DNA of 64,000 bases from Pseudomonadota bacterium (GTDB lineage Bacteria; Bdellovibrionota_B; Oligoflexia; Oligoflexales; CAIMVM01), in NCBI GenBank assembly GCA_037142195.1, contig JBAXBA010000006.1:14562-78561 (forward strand). Reading direction: 5' to 3'. The position numbers and the translations under genes were made by a program. The notes under the pieces were generated by a model. That model saw only the letters and a program-made list of their open reading frames with translations. It made no database searches and was not told the origin of the DNA. The stretch's first letter is position 1, and each line of letters starts with the position of its first letter. Positions 38,754 through 49,200 of the stretch are shown here, piece by piece.

Positions 38754-40391
38754 TCAAGCAGATCGTCTTAATTTTACAAATTCGCCGAGTCCTTTACGAG
38801 AGCCCGTAGTACCCGTCTTTTCTTCCAAAAATTCAATAACACCCCGTTGCAAATCGCCTAATCTAGTGGATGAATTTGAAGACTTCAAGTTTCCTTCGGT
38901 TCTCAGATCGTCTCCAGACCAAGTGACATTTGTCCCGCCTGGATCTTTTACAACACTAGAGTCTCGTTTGTCGATCTCTTCTAAATTGGCATAGAGTGCA
39001 TCTTTTAAATTTCCTGCACCGCCTGGGGCCATTACAAACCCAAAGCTTATGTCATTGTCATTTAAGGCAGCTCCTCGCCCTCCCTCGGACATTACGACTA
39101 CAATCAAATTGTGTCCTTCTGCTATGGTCGATGCGAGCATATTTAAGGATAAAGCCAGTTGTCGCATCCCTTCGATATAGGTGAGAGATTTAATGACATC
39201 TTCTGGCTTATTTTGCGTATCAATAATGATACTATCTAAACTACTTCCGTCGAGGTCGTTAATATTGAGAAATAATTGAAAATTCCGAAAGGGTTTACCA
39301 GGTATTTTCACGGCGTTTTGGACAAATTTCGCTTGGGCAAGAAATTCAAGGGATGCTCCCTTTCCTGTATTCGCTTGATTGCATGCAGTTTGTACATTGA
39401 TATTTTGAAACTTGGACTCAAGTTGACCTGCCGCATTAAGAGAAACCAAACTATCAAGTAACTTTTGTTGGTTACCCAGAAGTTCCATTCTTAGTTTAGG
39501 ATCTTTTTGAATGAGCCGGTCAAATTTTAAAGTTAGATTTTTTTGAGGGTCAGTTTGTAAGTCAACATGTTTTGCTTTGACACTTTGCTCTACTATACTT
39601 ACAAAATCCTTTACGGGGCGCCCATTGAAAATGGGCTGCTCGCCGACGTTCCCAAGAATTACGTTGGTCGGATTACTTCCCTCCGCCTTGTCGTAATTGC
39701 CCCCCATATTAAAGGCCGCAATTCCCAACGGGCTTTTGATGACGCCTGTTTCACCCAAATGCAGTGCTAATTCTGAGCGATCGGTTGCAAGCTTGAAAGC
39801 TTTTAAAGAATGATTGTTGCTCATGGTTTGACTTAATGACAGAGCCGCCTGAATGGCTACTTTTGACTCATCAGGAAATGGACTCAGTTGCAAGCCTGCA
39901 TTATTGAGAATATCCGTGTCTGCTTTGCCAGTAGCTAAAATATCAGCAAACCATTTATTCATTCTAAGGTTAGAAAAACGAGGTATATCTGAGATTGCAT
40001 CAGCTCCTTTTAACTCCATATGTGCGCCAGCTTCGCCTGATTTTGATTTAATACTTGGGTTGTCGCCAGTGACTATATTTCCATCCCTTTTTCCAAGTTT
40101 AAACACTAATGGCGTGTGCACGTGATTGACGACTTTGATGGTTACCAATGTCCAAGTGTCTTGGGACGACTGCGCCTGAGCCATGGAATGTTCCAAGCGA
40201 AGAAAATGGCCTACGGATTGGGACACCATAGCAAGGTTATACCAAGCGTCGGTGGCAGCTAGTCTAGAAAGTATTCGAGGATCCGTTAAACTTGAAAATA
40301 GGGGTACACCCCCTAGTCGATCAAGAGCAAAAGCGCCTGCAAATCCAGTAAATAGTGATTGATGTAAAAATTTTCTTCTGTCCATAGTCAT
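38754..40391 (-). CDS. Tat-exported DUF1501-like protein (cassette A)
   Basis: Twin-arginine leader DRRKFL; C-terminal LIVVVMSEGGRG resembles the DUF1501 vv.sEfGR motif. Confidence 0.6.
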   Translation of the reverse strand: MTMDRRKFLHQSLFTGFAGAFALDRLGGVPLFSSLTDPRILSRLAATDAWYNLAMVSQSVGHFLRLEHSMAQAQSSQDTWTLVTIKVVNHVHTPLVFKLGKRDGNIVTGDNPSIKSKSGEAGAHMELKGADAISDIPRFSNLRMNKWFADILATGKADTDILNNAGLQLSPFPDESKVAIQAALSLSQTMSNNHSLKAFKLATDRSELALHLGETGVIKSPLGIAAFNMGGNYDKAEGSNPTNVILGNVGEQPIFNGRPVKDFVSIVEQSVKAKHVDLQTDPQKNLTLKFDRLIQKDPKLRMELLGNQQKLLDSLVSLNAAGQLESKFQNINVQTACNQANTGKGASLEFLAQAKFVQNAVKIPGKPFRNFQLFLNINDLDGSSLDSIIIDTQNKPEDVIKSLTYIEGMRQLALSLNMLASTIAEGHNLIVVVMSEGGRGAALNDNDISFGFVMAPGGAGNLKDALYANLEEIDKRDSSVVKDPGGTNVTWSGDDLRTEGNLKSSNSSTRLGDLQRGVIEFLEEKTGTTGSRKGLGEFVKLRRSA

Positions 40392-40393
40392 CC

Positions 40394-41071
40394 CTATCTT
40401 GAAATAATAAACGCATAGGATGCGAGCATAGAAGCAACTGCCTTTTTAGGATCCATCAAACAGGCTTGTTGAAACTCCAATGCTACGGATTCATAAAGCT
40501 CATGCTTCGGAGAAATACTAGGCAGGCACCTAGCCATCATTTGTTTCGCGGTATCTATGGTATCGCATTGACAGAGCTTATTTGCAGGGGTGCAGTTGTC
40601 TGCTACCACATCAGCCACCGTATTTATAGATCCGAGATAGTTTATGCTTAGACTATCTGAGTTTGTCGACAGACGATTTTCGGTTTCTTTAGACAATAAG
40701 TCTTTTCCTGCAACTGTAATGGCGTTGCTATTTACTTTATATAAATCTTTATTCAAAAAGCCTTTACTATCGACACCCGTAACGATCATGTCGTCTTTGA
40801 CTAGGGCCATATTTTCACCTAGGCATGTATCAATAGATGAAGATAAAAGTTGCGAGTTCTTTACCTGCAATCCTGCTCCATTTCCGGACACCTCTGAATT
40901 TACTAAAATGGAATTCTGTTCAGTCGATTTATTGGCATTCTCTGAAGAGTTGCTTGAAGATACGCTACCTTGATTCAGGCGCCTTTTCATTTCTTTTGAG
41001 GAATTTTGATTGGAGCATGATGCAGATCCATAGATAGCGACTAACAAGAAAGAGATAGTTGAATAAAACAT
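40394..41071 (-). CDS. Cys-rich exported or lipoprotein of unknown function (cassette A)
   Basis: Hydrophobic leader ending SASC, Ser/Asn linker, 6 further Cys; 1-2 nt gaps to neighbouring genes. Confidence 0.7.
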   Translation of the reverse strand: MFYSTISFLLVAIYGSASCSNQNSSKEMKRRLNQGSVSSSNSSENANKSTEQNSILVNSEVSGNGAGLQVKNSQLLSSSIDTCLGENMALVKDDMIVTGVDSKGFLNKDLYKVNSNAITVAGKDLLSKETENRLSTNSDSLSINYLGSINTVADVVADNCTPANKLCQCDTIDTAKQMMARCLPSISPKHELYESVALEFQQACLMDPKKAVASMLASYAFIISR

Positions 41072-41072
41072 G

Positions 41073-42776
41073 TTATTTTAACTCCTTCATGCAGGAATAG
41101 GTTTCTGTAGCAAAGTAAGATTGAAATACTTTTTCAAGTTTACCTTCGGACAGCTCAAAAGCCATTTTGGTAGATTCCAGAGTTTCCAAGGAAATCGTGG
41201 AAAGATTTGAGAGACTCCTTGCCATGTGGATGGCAAGACCTTTGGATAGTAGAGAACCGTCTCCAATAATCTCTGTCATAAGTTCATTTACGGTTGCTAC
41301 TGGTTTTTGCACTTTACCGCTAACGACACAGGCCTTTTCATTGTTTCCTATAATGAAAGACTGCAGCAAGTCGAAAGTCACGGGCTTATTTACGCCCCCA
41401 TCTAGAACCACCCATGGCTCCTTAATGGCGGCACTGTAGTTAGTATCTTCTTGAATATTGAAGGCATTATAGAGCTGGCCTTTTGAGTTGAAGGGTCGAA
41501 ATAGGATAGAAGCAGAAGCCAAGTTTCGATTTAAATGGCAGGACTGACAAATATTGCCAGACTCAGGTATTGAGAGAGTACCGCGCGGAGCAACAGTGCC
41601 ATCTGAATTTACAAGTCCACGGCGATCCCCACTTTTAAAACAGCTTGGAATAGGATTCACGACTTCACCTACTGGTCCGTTGGTGGCTGCCTGCAGCGTC
41701 TGGCCATGGATCATAAAGTGGGCGATGGCCATCCGACCATAATTGTTATTTTCAATTAGGAAGCTCGAGGGTTTAGAAGAGAGAAAGCTTACAGATGTAA
41801 AATATCCTTGGCGTGGAAGAGATAATCGGCAGGACTGCCAGCCTGCAGTTGGGGACGGACAACCATAAAGGGAAGCGGTTTTAGAGCTGACCATGAGCGT
41901 GGGCCCCAAAAGCATGTCTTTATATTTTACGTTATCGTATCCACTTTTTAGAAGTTGATAGAATTCATCTTTGAGGTCTTCATCAAGTTCAGGACTATAA
42001 TTGACTTGATTAGCTCCTGATACCTTGTAGGCAAATTTCTTAAGCCCTTTATCTATAAATTCTGCTTTCCAATCTGTTGCGAGGCGATCTTTAATAAGGT
42101 ATCGATGCTTTTGCTCTACATTTATATCTGGATCAGATCCAGCCAGGGCTATTTCCCCTAAAGTGGGCTCTCTGGAAAAGGCGTCGTTGGTGACTCGTCT
42201 GATATATTCTCTAAATGTTGCCGGTGTTTTGCATTTAAAAGTGAGGTCTACTTTTACGTCATTTGCATCGATTTTGGCACCATCTGGATAAAGCAGATGG
42301 ACATCTCTAAGTATGCTCGGTGCTTTTGCCTTGTACCATGCAAAGAGTCGTTCTGTTTGCTTTGAGTCAATTTGTACTGCAGGTGGTGGCATGGGGGATG
42401 GGCCACTCGTAGATGATGTCATTCTGTTCACAATGGTCTGATAGACTTTTGCCGCGTCTGGGTCCAATTTAGCAGCTTCTACGCCATAGGATTTTGGTTC
42501 AAACGCCCAAAAACTTGCATATTCTCCTTTTGGTGTTTTTTCGTCGCCTTTACCGTGGCAGGAAGCACAGTTAGAGCTGAAGTAAACCATCGTTTCTTCG
42601 TCGGTCAGTGGAATTATGGGTTCCTCTGTTGCTGAGGGAGACTTTGTTCCGGAGGACGGATTTGACTTTTTTCCATCCATAGTTAATGCGGATGTTGTGC
42701 GCAAATTGACTACTTTAGACCCCTGTCGGTCACAGGCAGCCAAAAATATTAGAAAGATAATGGAAAGTTTGTGCAT
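41073..42776 (-). CDS. Two-CxxCH lipoprotein, planctomycete-cytochrome/DUF1549-1588-like (cassette A)
   Basis: LAAC lipobox; CASCH and CQSCH; YIRRVTNDAFSREPT and RQGYFTSVSFL resemble PSD/PSCyt motifs. Start moved to ATG 42776 (RBS GAGGGG). Confidence 0.7.
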   Translation of the reverse strand: MHKLSIIFLIFLAACDRQGSKVVNLRTTSALTMDGKKSNPSSGTKSPSATEEPIIPLTDEETMVYFSSNCASCHGKGDEKTPKGEYASFWAFEPKSYGVEAAKLDPDAAKVYQTIVNRMTSSTSGPSPMPPPAVQIDSKQTERLFAWYKAKAPSILRDVHLLYPDGAKIDANDVKVDLTFKCKTPATFREYIRRVTNDAFSREPTLGEIALAGSDPDINVEQKHRYLIKDRLATDWKAEFIDKGLKKFAYKVSGANQVNYSPELDEDLKDEFYQLLKSGYDNVKYKDMLLGPTLMVSSKTASLYGCPSPTAGWQSCRLSLPRQGYFTSVSFLSSKPSSFLIENNNYGRMAIAHFMIHGQTLQAATNGPVGEVVNPIPSCFKSGDRRGLVNSDGTVAPRGTLSIPESGNICQSCHLNRNLASASILFRPFNSKGQLYNAFNIQEDTNYSAAIKEPWVVLDGGVNKPVTFDLLQSFIIGNNEKACVVSGKVQKPVATVNELMTEIIGDGSLLSKGLAIHMARSLSNLSTISLETLESTKMAFELSEGKLEKVFQSYFATETYSCMKELK

Positions 42777-42796
42777 TTTGAACCCCTCATACCTAT

Positions 42797-42824
42797 TCAT
42801 CGGCCCCCCATTTAGAGAAATTGA
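42797..42824 (-). promoter_or_regulatory. sigma28/FliA-like promoter for cassette A
   Basis: Minus strand TCAAT-N15-GCCGATGA directly upstream of the RBS of the 42776 start. Confidence 0.6.
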
Positions 42825-43041
42825 AAAATATTTATTTTCGGTATTTATTTCAGATAGTTACAATGTGAATATAGGATTCATTTCAAAGACCTTTTATGAA
42901 GACCTTTTATTGAAGAAGATCCCTTGCTTCTTGCGTGCAAAGGTTTTTAAGCAGCTGTTTTTATGGGGATAAATTAGAACAAGTGATTGGAATTTATTCG
43001 GCAGTGTTCCATTACTGGATTTTGGCTTCAAGTAAAAATGG

Positions 43042-43097
43042 CTTAAGGAAGAACAGCTTAAAGAAGAACAACTTAAAGAAGAACAACTTAAAGAGGA
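43042..43097. repeat. Intergenic 15-bp tandem repeat (CTTAAAGAAGAACAA), about 3.7 copies
   Basis: Read directly; between tatB and cassette A; not inside a credible ORF. Confidence 0.9.
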
Positions 43098-43255
43098 TTG
43101 AAAGCAAATGACAATTGCTATGGCTTCTTTCAGTCTAAGGTAGAAAAAATTGCTAATCGCACCAGTTAAGACCGAATTCCATCATCAAAGAATTTTGGGT
43201 TGGGAGGATGGAAAATAGTTTTCATGAATTTTATCGGCGATCGGAGTTTTATGTC

Positions 43256-43705
43256 CTAAGGAGTCTTTTTTTCGTGGGGATCTTGGGGATTCAGTTCTGA
43301 AAGAGGGGCTTCAAATTTGCTATCCCCGTGGTTTGCCAGAGGCTCATGACGATCCGTGTGGTCACCATGGTGAGGGCCTCCTACGGCATTTTCAGGATAG
43401 AGATGGGCTTGGGCGTCCACAAATTCTTCTTTAACGGCTGCCACTGTCCCATGGACCGAGTGATTGACGTCCTGCCCTACTTTAGAAAGCTCTTTCTTTA
43501 GATTGACCAACTCTTCATCGCGGAGTTCGTTTTCAGCCTGGCGCATAAAGTGATCTACCCCAGACTTTACTTCAAAAGTAACGCGCCTAAATTTTACAAA
43601 CCACTTCCCGAACTGTCGGGCCATGTCAGGCATTCCCTTGGGACCTACGAGCATAAACGCTAGGAACCCAATCACTAGAATTTCACCAAATCCGATACCA
43701 AACAT
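43256..43705 (-). CDS. tatB: Twin-arginine translocase subunit TatB (TatA/B family)
   Basis: MFGIGFGEILVI...VGPKGMPDMARQFGKW: TM helix, GP hinge, amphipathic helix and long tail. Confidence 0.82.
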   Translation of the reverse strand: MFGIGFGEILVIGFLAFMLVGPKGMPDMARQFGKWFVKFRRVTFEVKSGVDHFMRQAENELRDEELVNLKKELSKVGQDVNHSVHGTVAAVKEEFVDAQAHLYPENAVGGPHHGDHTDRHEPLANHGDSKFEAPLSELNPQDPHEKKTP

Positions 43706-43834
43706 AATTTAGACTCCGGTAAGTCTTATTGGAGGAGCCTTCATCATAGTGTAAATTAGTCTTTTAAGGAATGGTTTGAATTTGTACTTTTCAAGCTATA
43801 TTTGCCGAACACTGTCGTAGCTAGCGGGGAAGAT

Positions 43835-44824
43835 ATGATCATTGTAACTGGGGGAGCCGGGTTTATTGGAAGCGCTTTTGTGAAGCGATTAAATACTTTG
43901 GGGATAAAAAACATCCTCATTGTGGATAACCTCGGGGTAAGTGACAAATGGCAAAATTTAAATAACATACAATTTAATGATTTCATTAACAAAAATGATA
44001 TTTTTTCGCTTTTCAACAAGTCCCCTTTGGTGCTTAAAGAAATAAGTGCAATAGTTCACATGGGAGCATGCTCTTCGACCACCGAAAGAGATGTTGATTA
44101 CCTGATGTCCAATAACTTCCAGTGTAGTAAAGACTATTGGAACCTCTGTGCAGAACATTCGATTCCCTTTATATACGCATCTTCAGCCGCGACTTATGGC
44201 AATGGCGAGCTGGGCTATTCAGATAATTTAGATATAATTTCGAAACTGAAGCCCATCAATCCCTATGGGTATTCCAAACAGATTTTCGATCTTTGGGCCC
44301 TTTCAGCCCGGCGGCGCCCTCCTTTTTGGGCAGGACTCAAGTTTTTCAATGTGTTCGGACCCAATGAGTACCATAAAGGCTCCATGATGAGTTTGGTGTG
44401 TAAGGCCGTGCCCCAAATTCTTGAAACTGGAACATTAAAGCTTTTTAAGTCCCACAAAGAGGGGATTGCCCATGGTGAGCAAAAAAGAGACTTTGTTTAT
44501 ATAAAGGATGTGGTCGACGTTCTGATGCATTTTTACAGCTTACCGGTAGCAGGCATTCAGTCAGGCATTTACAACTTAGGCACGGGACAGGCCCGAAGTT
44601 TTGGAGATCTAGGTCGAGCTACCTTTAAGGCCCTCCAAGTTAAAGAAAACATCGAATGGATCGATATGCCCCTGGAAATGAGAGGTCAATATCAGTACTT
44701 TACTGAGGCCGATCTTTCCCGGCTTAGGAATCAAGGACGCTATACAAAGCCTTTCCTAAACCTCGAAAATGCGGTCGATGATTATGTCAAAAATTATCTT
44801 ATAAGCGCCAACAAGTTCTTATGA
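43835..44824 (+). CDS. hldD: ADP-L-glycero-D-manno-heptose 6-epimerase
   Basis: IIVTGGAGFIGS, HMGACSSTTE, YASSAATYG, YGYSK, FNVFGPNEYHKGSM, YQYFTEAD. Start moved to ATG 43835. Confidence 0.94.
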   Translation: MIIVTGGAGFIGSAFVKRLNTLGIKNILIVDNLGVSDKWQNLNNIQFNDFINKNDIFSLFNKSPLVLKEISAIVHMGACSSTTERDVDYLMSNNFQCSKDYWNLCAEHSIPFIYASSAATYGNGELGYSDNLDIISKLKPINPYGYSKQIFDLWALSARRRPPFWAGLKFFNVFGPNEYHKGSMMSLVCKAVPQILETGTLKLFKSHKEGIAHGEQKRDFVYIKDVVDVLMHFYSLPVAGIQSGIYNLGTGQARSFGDLGRATFKALQVKENIEWIDMPLEMRGQYQYFTEADLSRLRNQGRYTKPFLNLENAVDDYVKNYLISANKFL

Positions 44825-46080
44825 AATTTCTACTCATTTTATGGGGACTTTTTTCCTTTTATTCGTTTTATTCCTATGGGGACGTGTTTACGTTTAAAGG
44901 CTTAGACAGGACGGATGAGTCCTGGATGAGAGACTATCTCACCCTCGATCTCAGCAAATCCTATACGGATCAAGAACTTGAGCAGCTCAAGACAAAACTT
45001 TTGACCACTGGCGTCTTTACTTCCGTTGAGGTGGCGCGCACAGGGTCTGAAGTGACGGTCACAGTTGAAGAAAAATGGACCACAATCCCCGTTGCTCGGG
45101 GCGAATTCGGTGGGGGAACCCCCCTGCGGGTTTTGGGGCTCTATGATATTCATACCTTTGGTCGCCTTGTTTCAGCAGGAGCTGAGCTTAGACAGTATGG
45201 ATCGAGCGATCCCGGCTTTGTTACATGGATGAAGTCCCCACGCTTTAAAGACGGTAGATATACTCTTGGTGTCGAGTTGTGGAAGGATATCCGACGCCGC
45301 AACATTTATGATGAGGCCCGCCAACTTCTCGGAGAAGTCGAAGAGAGAAGTAAGCGCATCCGGTTTCAATATTTAGGGCCGTTGTCCATGCTAAGCTTTC
45401 TTTCAGATCGCCCTGGCTGGCAGATCGGCGCAGATGCCCATGTTATCAAGTCAGAACCTACGGACTTTGAACCACAATTTGCAGGGGCTCAATCGCCCTT
45501 TCTCATTGAAGACAAAACAAAGTGGGAATCTAAGTTTTTTTTGACGACCGTCTATGATGATATTGCCGTGAATCAATATGATCTCGATGGAATGAGAAAT
45601 ATCTTTTGTTTCGGTAAAGACAGCACTAATTCTTTGATTTGGGATTTTGAATCATTTGCTTATCAATTAAGGGGAAATCTTAATTTAAGCGCCCATTTAT
45701 ATTTACAAAATCGAGTAGGAAAAGAACTCACTTCGCAGCGTTTCTTGGGAGGATTTGACGGTGTTCGTGGGGTATTTGACGGCATGCAGGTGGGGCCTAG
45801 GTCATGGCAACTCAATCAAGAAATAAAGACGAATGTATACAGATCTAAGGACCTCTGGCTTATGGGTGCAGGTTTTTTTGACTTAGGTAAGGCATCTGAT
45901 ACTTGGGGCATCCGAGATCCGCTAGCGACCATGGGGGTAGGGATTAGAATCGCAAGCCCTAAAATATATCGACTTATGCTTCGAATAGACCATGGCTGGG
46001 CTATCGATGGTTCTAAACAAAAAGGATTTTCCATCGGGCTAAATGATTTCTTTCAGCCCTATCGACCGATTCAACATTAG
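44821..46080 (+). CDS. Omp85/BamA-TamA superfamily outer-membrane protein with a single POTRA
   Basis: Signal peptide; POTRA-like GLDRTDESW...LLTTGVFTSVEV...VTVEEKW; barrel motifs LGGFDGVRG, FFDLG, GVGIRI, LRIDHG. ATGA overlap with hldD. Confidence 0.8.
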   Translation: MKFLLILWGLFSFYSFYSYGDVFTFKGLDRTDESWMRDYLTLDLSKSYTDQELEQLKTKLLTTGVFTSVEVARTGSEVTVTVEEKWTTIPVARGEFGGGTPLRVLGLYDIHTFGRLVSAGAELRQYGSSDPGFVTWMKSPRFKDGRYTLGVELWKDIRRRNIYDEARQLLGEVEERSKRIRFQYLGPLSMLSFLSDRPGWQIGADAHVIKSEPTDFEPQFAGAQSPFLIEDKTKWESKFFLTTVYDDIAVNQYDLDGMRNIFCFGKDSTNSLIWDFESFAYQLRGNLNLSAHLYLQNRVGKELTSQRFLGGFDGVRGVFDGMQVGPRSWQLNQEIKTNVYRSKDLWLMGAGFFDLGKASDTWGIRDPLATMGVGIRIASPKIYRLMLRIDHGWAIDGSKQKGFSIGLNDFFQPYRPIQH

Positions 46081-46245
46081 ATCTAGAAGTCTCTGACTCT
46101 TTCTATTTTAATAAGATTTTGCGAACTTGGGCCCAAAGGCCGCAAAAATAGTAGCTAGGACCCGTGTCGCATTTCATGGATAATCAGATTCAGGAAAAAT
46201 GCAGTCCCGCCTAGAAGCTTTGGGCCATTCGTTCCGAGGCTTCCC

Positions 46246-49200
46246 TTAACCTTCGGCAGATGTTTCCTTAAATGCTTTTTGTAAATGCGCAGGGATATCT
46301 TTACTCATATCCACACCAACCACTTTGGAAACTCCCGGCTCCTGCATGGTGACGCCATAGAGGGTATCAAGGACTTCCATTGTCCGCCTGTTATGGGTGA
46401 TGACGATAAATTGGAATCTTTCAGACAGAGCTTCTAGGACGCGATTGTAGCGACCGACGTTGGTTTCGTCGAGAGGCGCATCGACTTCGTCTAGGAAGCA
46501 GAATGGTGTTGGTTTTGATTTGAGAAGAGCAAAAATAAGGGCAATGGCTGTTAAGGCTTTTTCACCACCGCTAAATAAGCGCATCGGCTGGCGCTTCTTA
46601 CCAGGAAGCCGGACCATAATCTCTATGCCGCCATCGAGTGCTTTTTGTTCATTGGTGAGAAGAAGGTGCCCGTCGCCGCCGGGAAATAAGATAGGGAATA
46701 GTTCCTGAAATTCCCGATTGAGATTATGAAATGCTGCTAGAAACTTCTCTTCTGAGTTCTCCTCGATTTCATCGATAGCAGATTCCAATAAACTAGCAGA
46801 AGCTTCTACTTCATCTTTTTGTTTGGAAATAAAAGATTCTCTTGAGGATATGGTTTCATATTCCTCAATAGCCATCATATTGATCGGACCCATTGTATCT
46901 AAGTAGGAACGAATCTTTTGGACGTCTTTCGTGTATTTTTCTTGATGAAAACCTTCTGGCAGTTCTTCGTTGTAGTCCGCAATCTCAATCAAATAGCGTT
47001 CTTTGGCCTGTTCCATTGTGGAGGCAACCCCAAGGCTCACCCGCTCTAATTCGATGTTTTTTTCGCCGAGTTCTTTTTGAACTTTATGAAGAAGGGTTCT
47101 TTGCTCTTTGATGCGGCTTTCTAAAGTCCTAATTTGCTCTACAAGTCCAGAATTAGCTTCGCGCTTTGAGAGCAACTTGTCTTCTAAGTCTTCGCGTCTT
47201 AGAATGAAAGACTCAATGTCTTTTTCTAAGGTTTCCTTCCTGGTGTGAGCTTCCGCCATGTCTTTAGTAAGACGGTCGATCGCTTCTTTTCGTCTCTCAA
47301 TCTTAATGACAATGCTATCAATTTGAGATTTGAACTGCTCAAAGTTCTCACGCATAGAGCTGGCACGGGCCTTGGCAGTCGCCAGATCCATTTGCTTTTG
47401 CCCATATTGTCTTTGAATTTCATTTCTTTCATCTTCCATTCCAGACATGTCGATTTGAAGCTGTTCTTTTTCTGTTTGTGTCTTGGACTTTTGAGAGTCT
47501 AGGTTTGAAGACTCCTCTAAAAGCCTCATCTTTTCGGATTTGAGCTTACGGATTCCATCTTCTAAAATAGAATAGTCTTCTCGAACTTGGGTGGAAAACT
47601 CTTTTCTACTTTCGGCGTTACGTCGAGTATTTTCCAATTCGCTCATGGCCGCCATCCATTCGTGGTTGGCGACTTGAAGTTTTTGATCCACTTCTTTTAA
47701 GAGGATTTGATCATTTTGGGCGTCGGTTTCAATTTCTTGAATCTTAGTTGCAGCAGTAAGGAGTTCTTTTTCTAAATGCTCTAAGTCTTTTTCAAGTTTT
47801 TGGATCTCGGCTTTGCGGCCTAAAAGGCCGGCCTTATTTTCAGGGCTTCCTACAATGACGTCAGCGCTTCCTGTCCATATCATTCCATCATGGGTAAATA
47901 GAATGGCACCTTTTGGAATCTCAGAAAGATCTTCAGGAAGGCCTGAAGCTAAGATCATCCGCGAAAGTAGGCCGTTTAAATCATCGGTCTCAGACTTCAC
48001 GTAAATAGAAGCAGGTTCAAAACCTTGCTGCTGTGCCCAAACTCTCGTTGTAGCAGAGTTTTCGTCTGAATCCACGAGGGCGACAGCAAAGCTAGGGGTG
48101 TCTTGCTTTTGGCAAGAGTCTCTAAGAGTGTTTAAGGAGTCATGATCGAGCACATAGGCACGCTCTAGAAACTTTTCTAAGCTCCTTAGGCAAGAAGGCG
48201 TGAGAGCCTTGGCCTTATCCGTAAAAGAGAGGTGATCGGAAAGTAGCCCAGCTTTATTGCCTAATTCGCCCATGGCGGAGCGTATGGCATCGACCTTTCC
48301 GCTTTGCTCTTCACTAAGGGCTCTTAAAACCTCAATGCGAGACTTGACGGTCATTAGCTGATTTTGGGTTTGATCTTTGCTTTTATTTAAATGAGAAAGG
48401 TCTTGGATCTTTTTTTGTACCAGGTCTTGAGTTTCTGCTTTTTTACCAGCGATGTCATCGAGGGTGCGTTTTCGGTTGGCAACTTTAATGTTGGCCCCAT
48501 CAAGAACGATCTTTAATTGACTAAGTTCATTGTCAGCGCTGGAAATTTTCCCTGAAAAGCCAAGAATATTAGCTTCAGATTGGTTAAGGTCACGCTCTGT
48601 AGTTTCAAGCTTTAGAGTGTTTCCTACCATAAGCCGGTCAAGATTTCTGAGCTCTTGATCGAGTTCATGAATCTTAGAAGAATAGGTTTTAAACTTTTCT
48701 TCATTTTCCGAGACGATTTGATCAAAGTTTTCTATGTAATGATTAAAGCGCGTCTCTTCTTCGACCGCCTTTTCCATAGCTTGTTCTACTGCTGCAAACC
48801 GCTGATTGGCTTCGGCAAACACCACCTCTTCTTCACCAAGTTCATGATTGAGTTCGGCAAGTCTTTGATCACCACCACCAAGTAAAAGAAGAGCACTCGC
48901 CAGCTGGGCTTCGGATGAAGCCGCTTTTTCACGAATGACGGTAATTTCTTCACTTAAGGCATGAACCTCAGGATCTGCACTCGCGAGATCTTCCTGGACG
49001 CCAAGGAGCTGACCTTCAAAGGACGTGATGTTATTTTGGAATTCGATCTCAGAAAAATTACCGGTATCGATGGCTTTTTTAAGGGATTCTAGCTTTTCTC
49101 TAAAAAAACGAAAGTTATGTGCAAATAACGCGAGTTCTTTAAGTTTGAGCTCTTCGGACTTTGTTTTATAAGTGGTAGCTTTTTCTACCTGATCTTTGAG

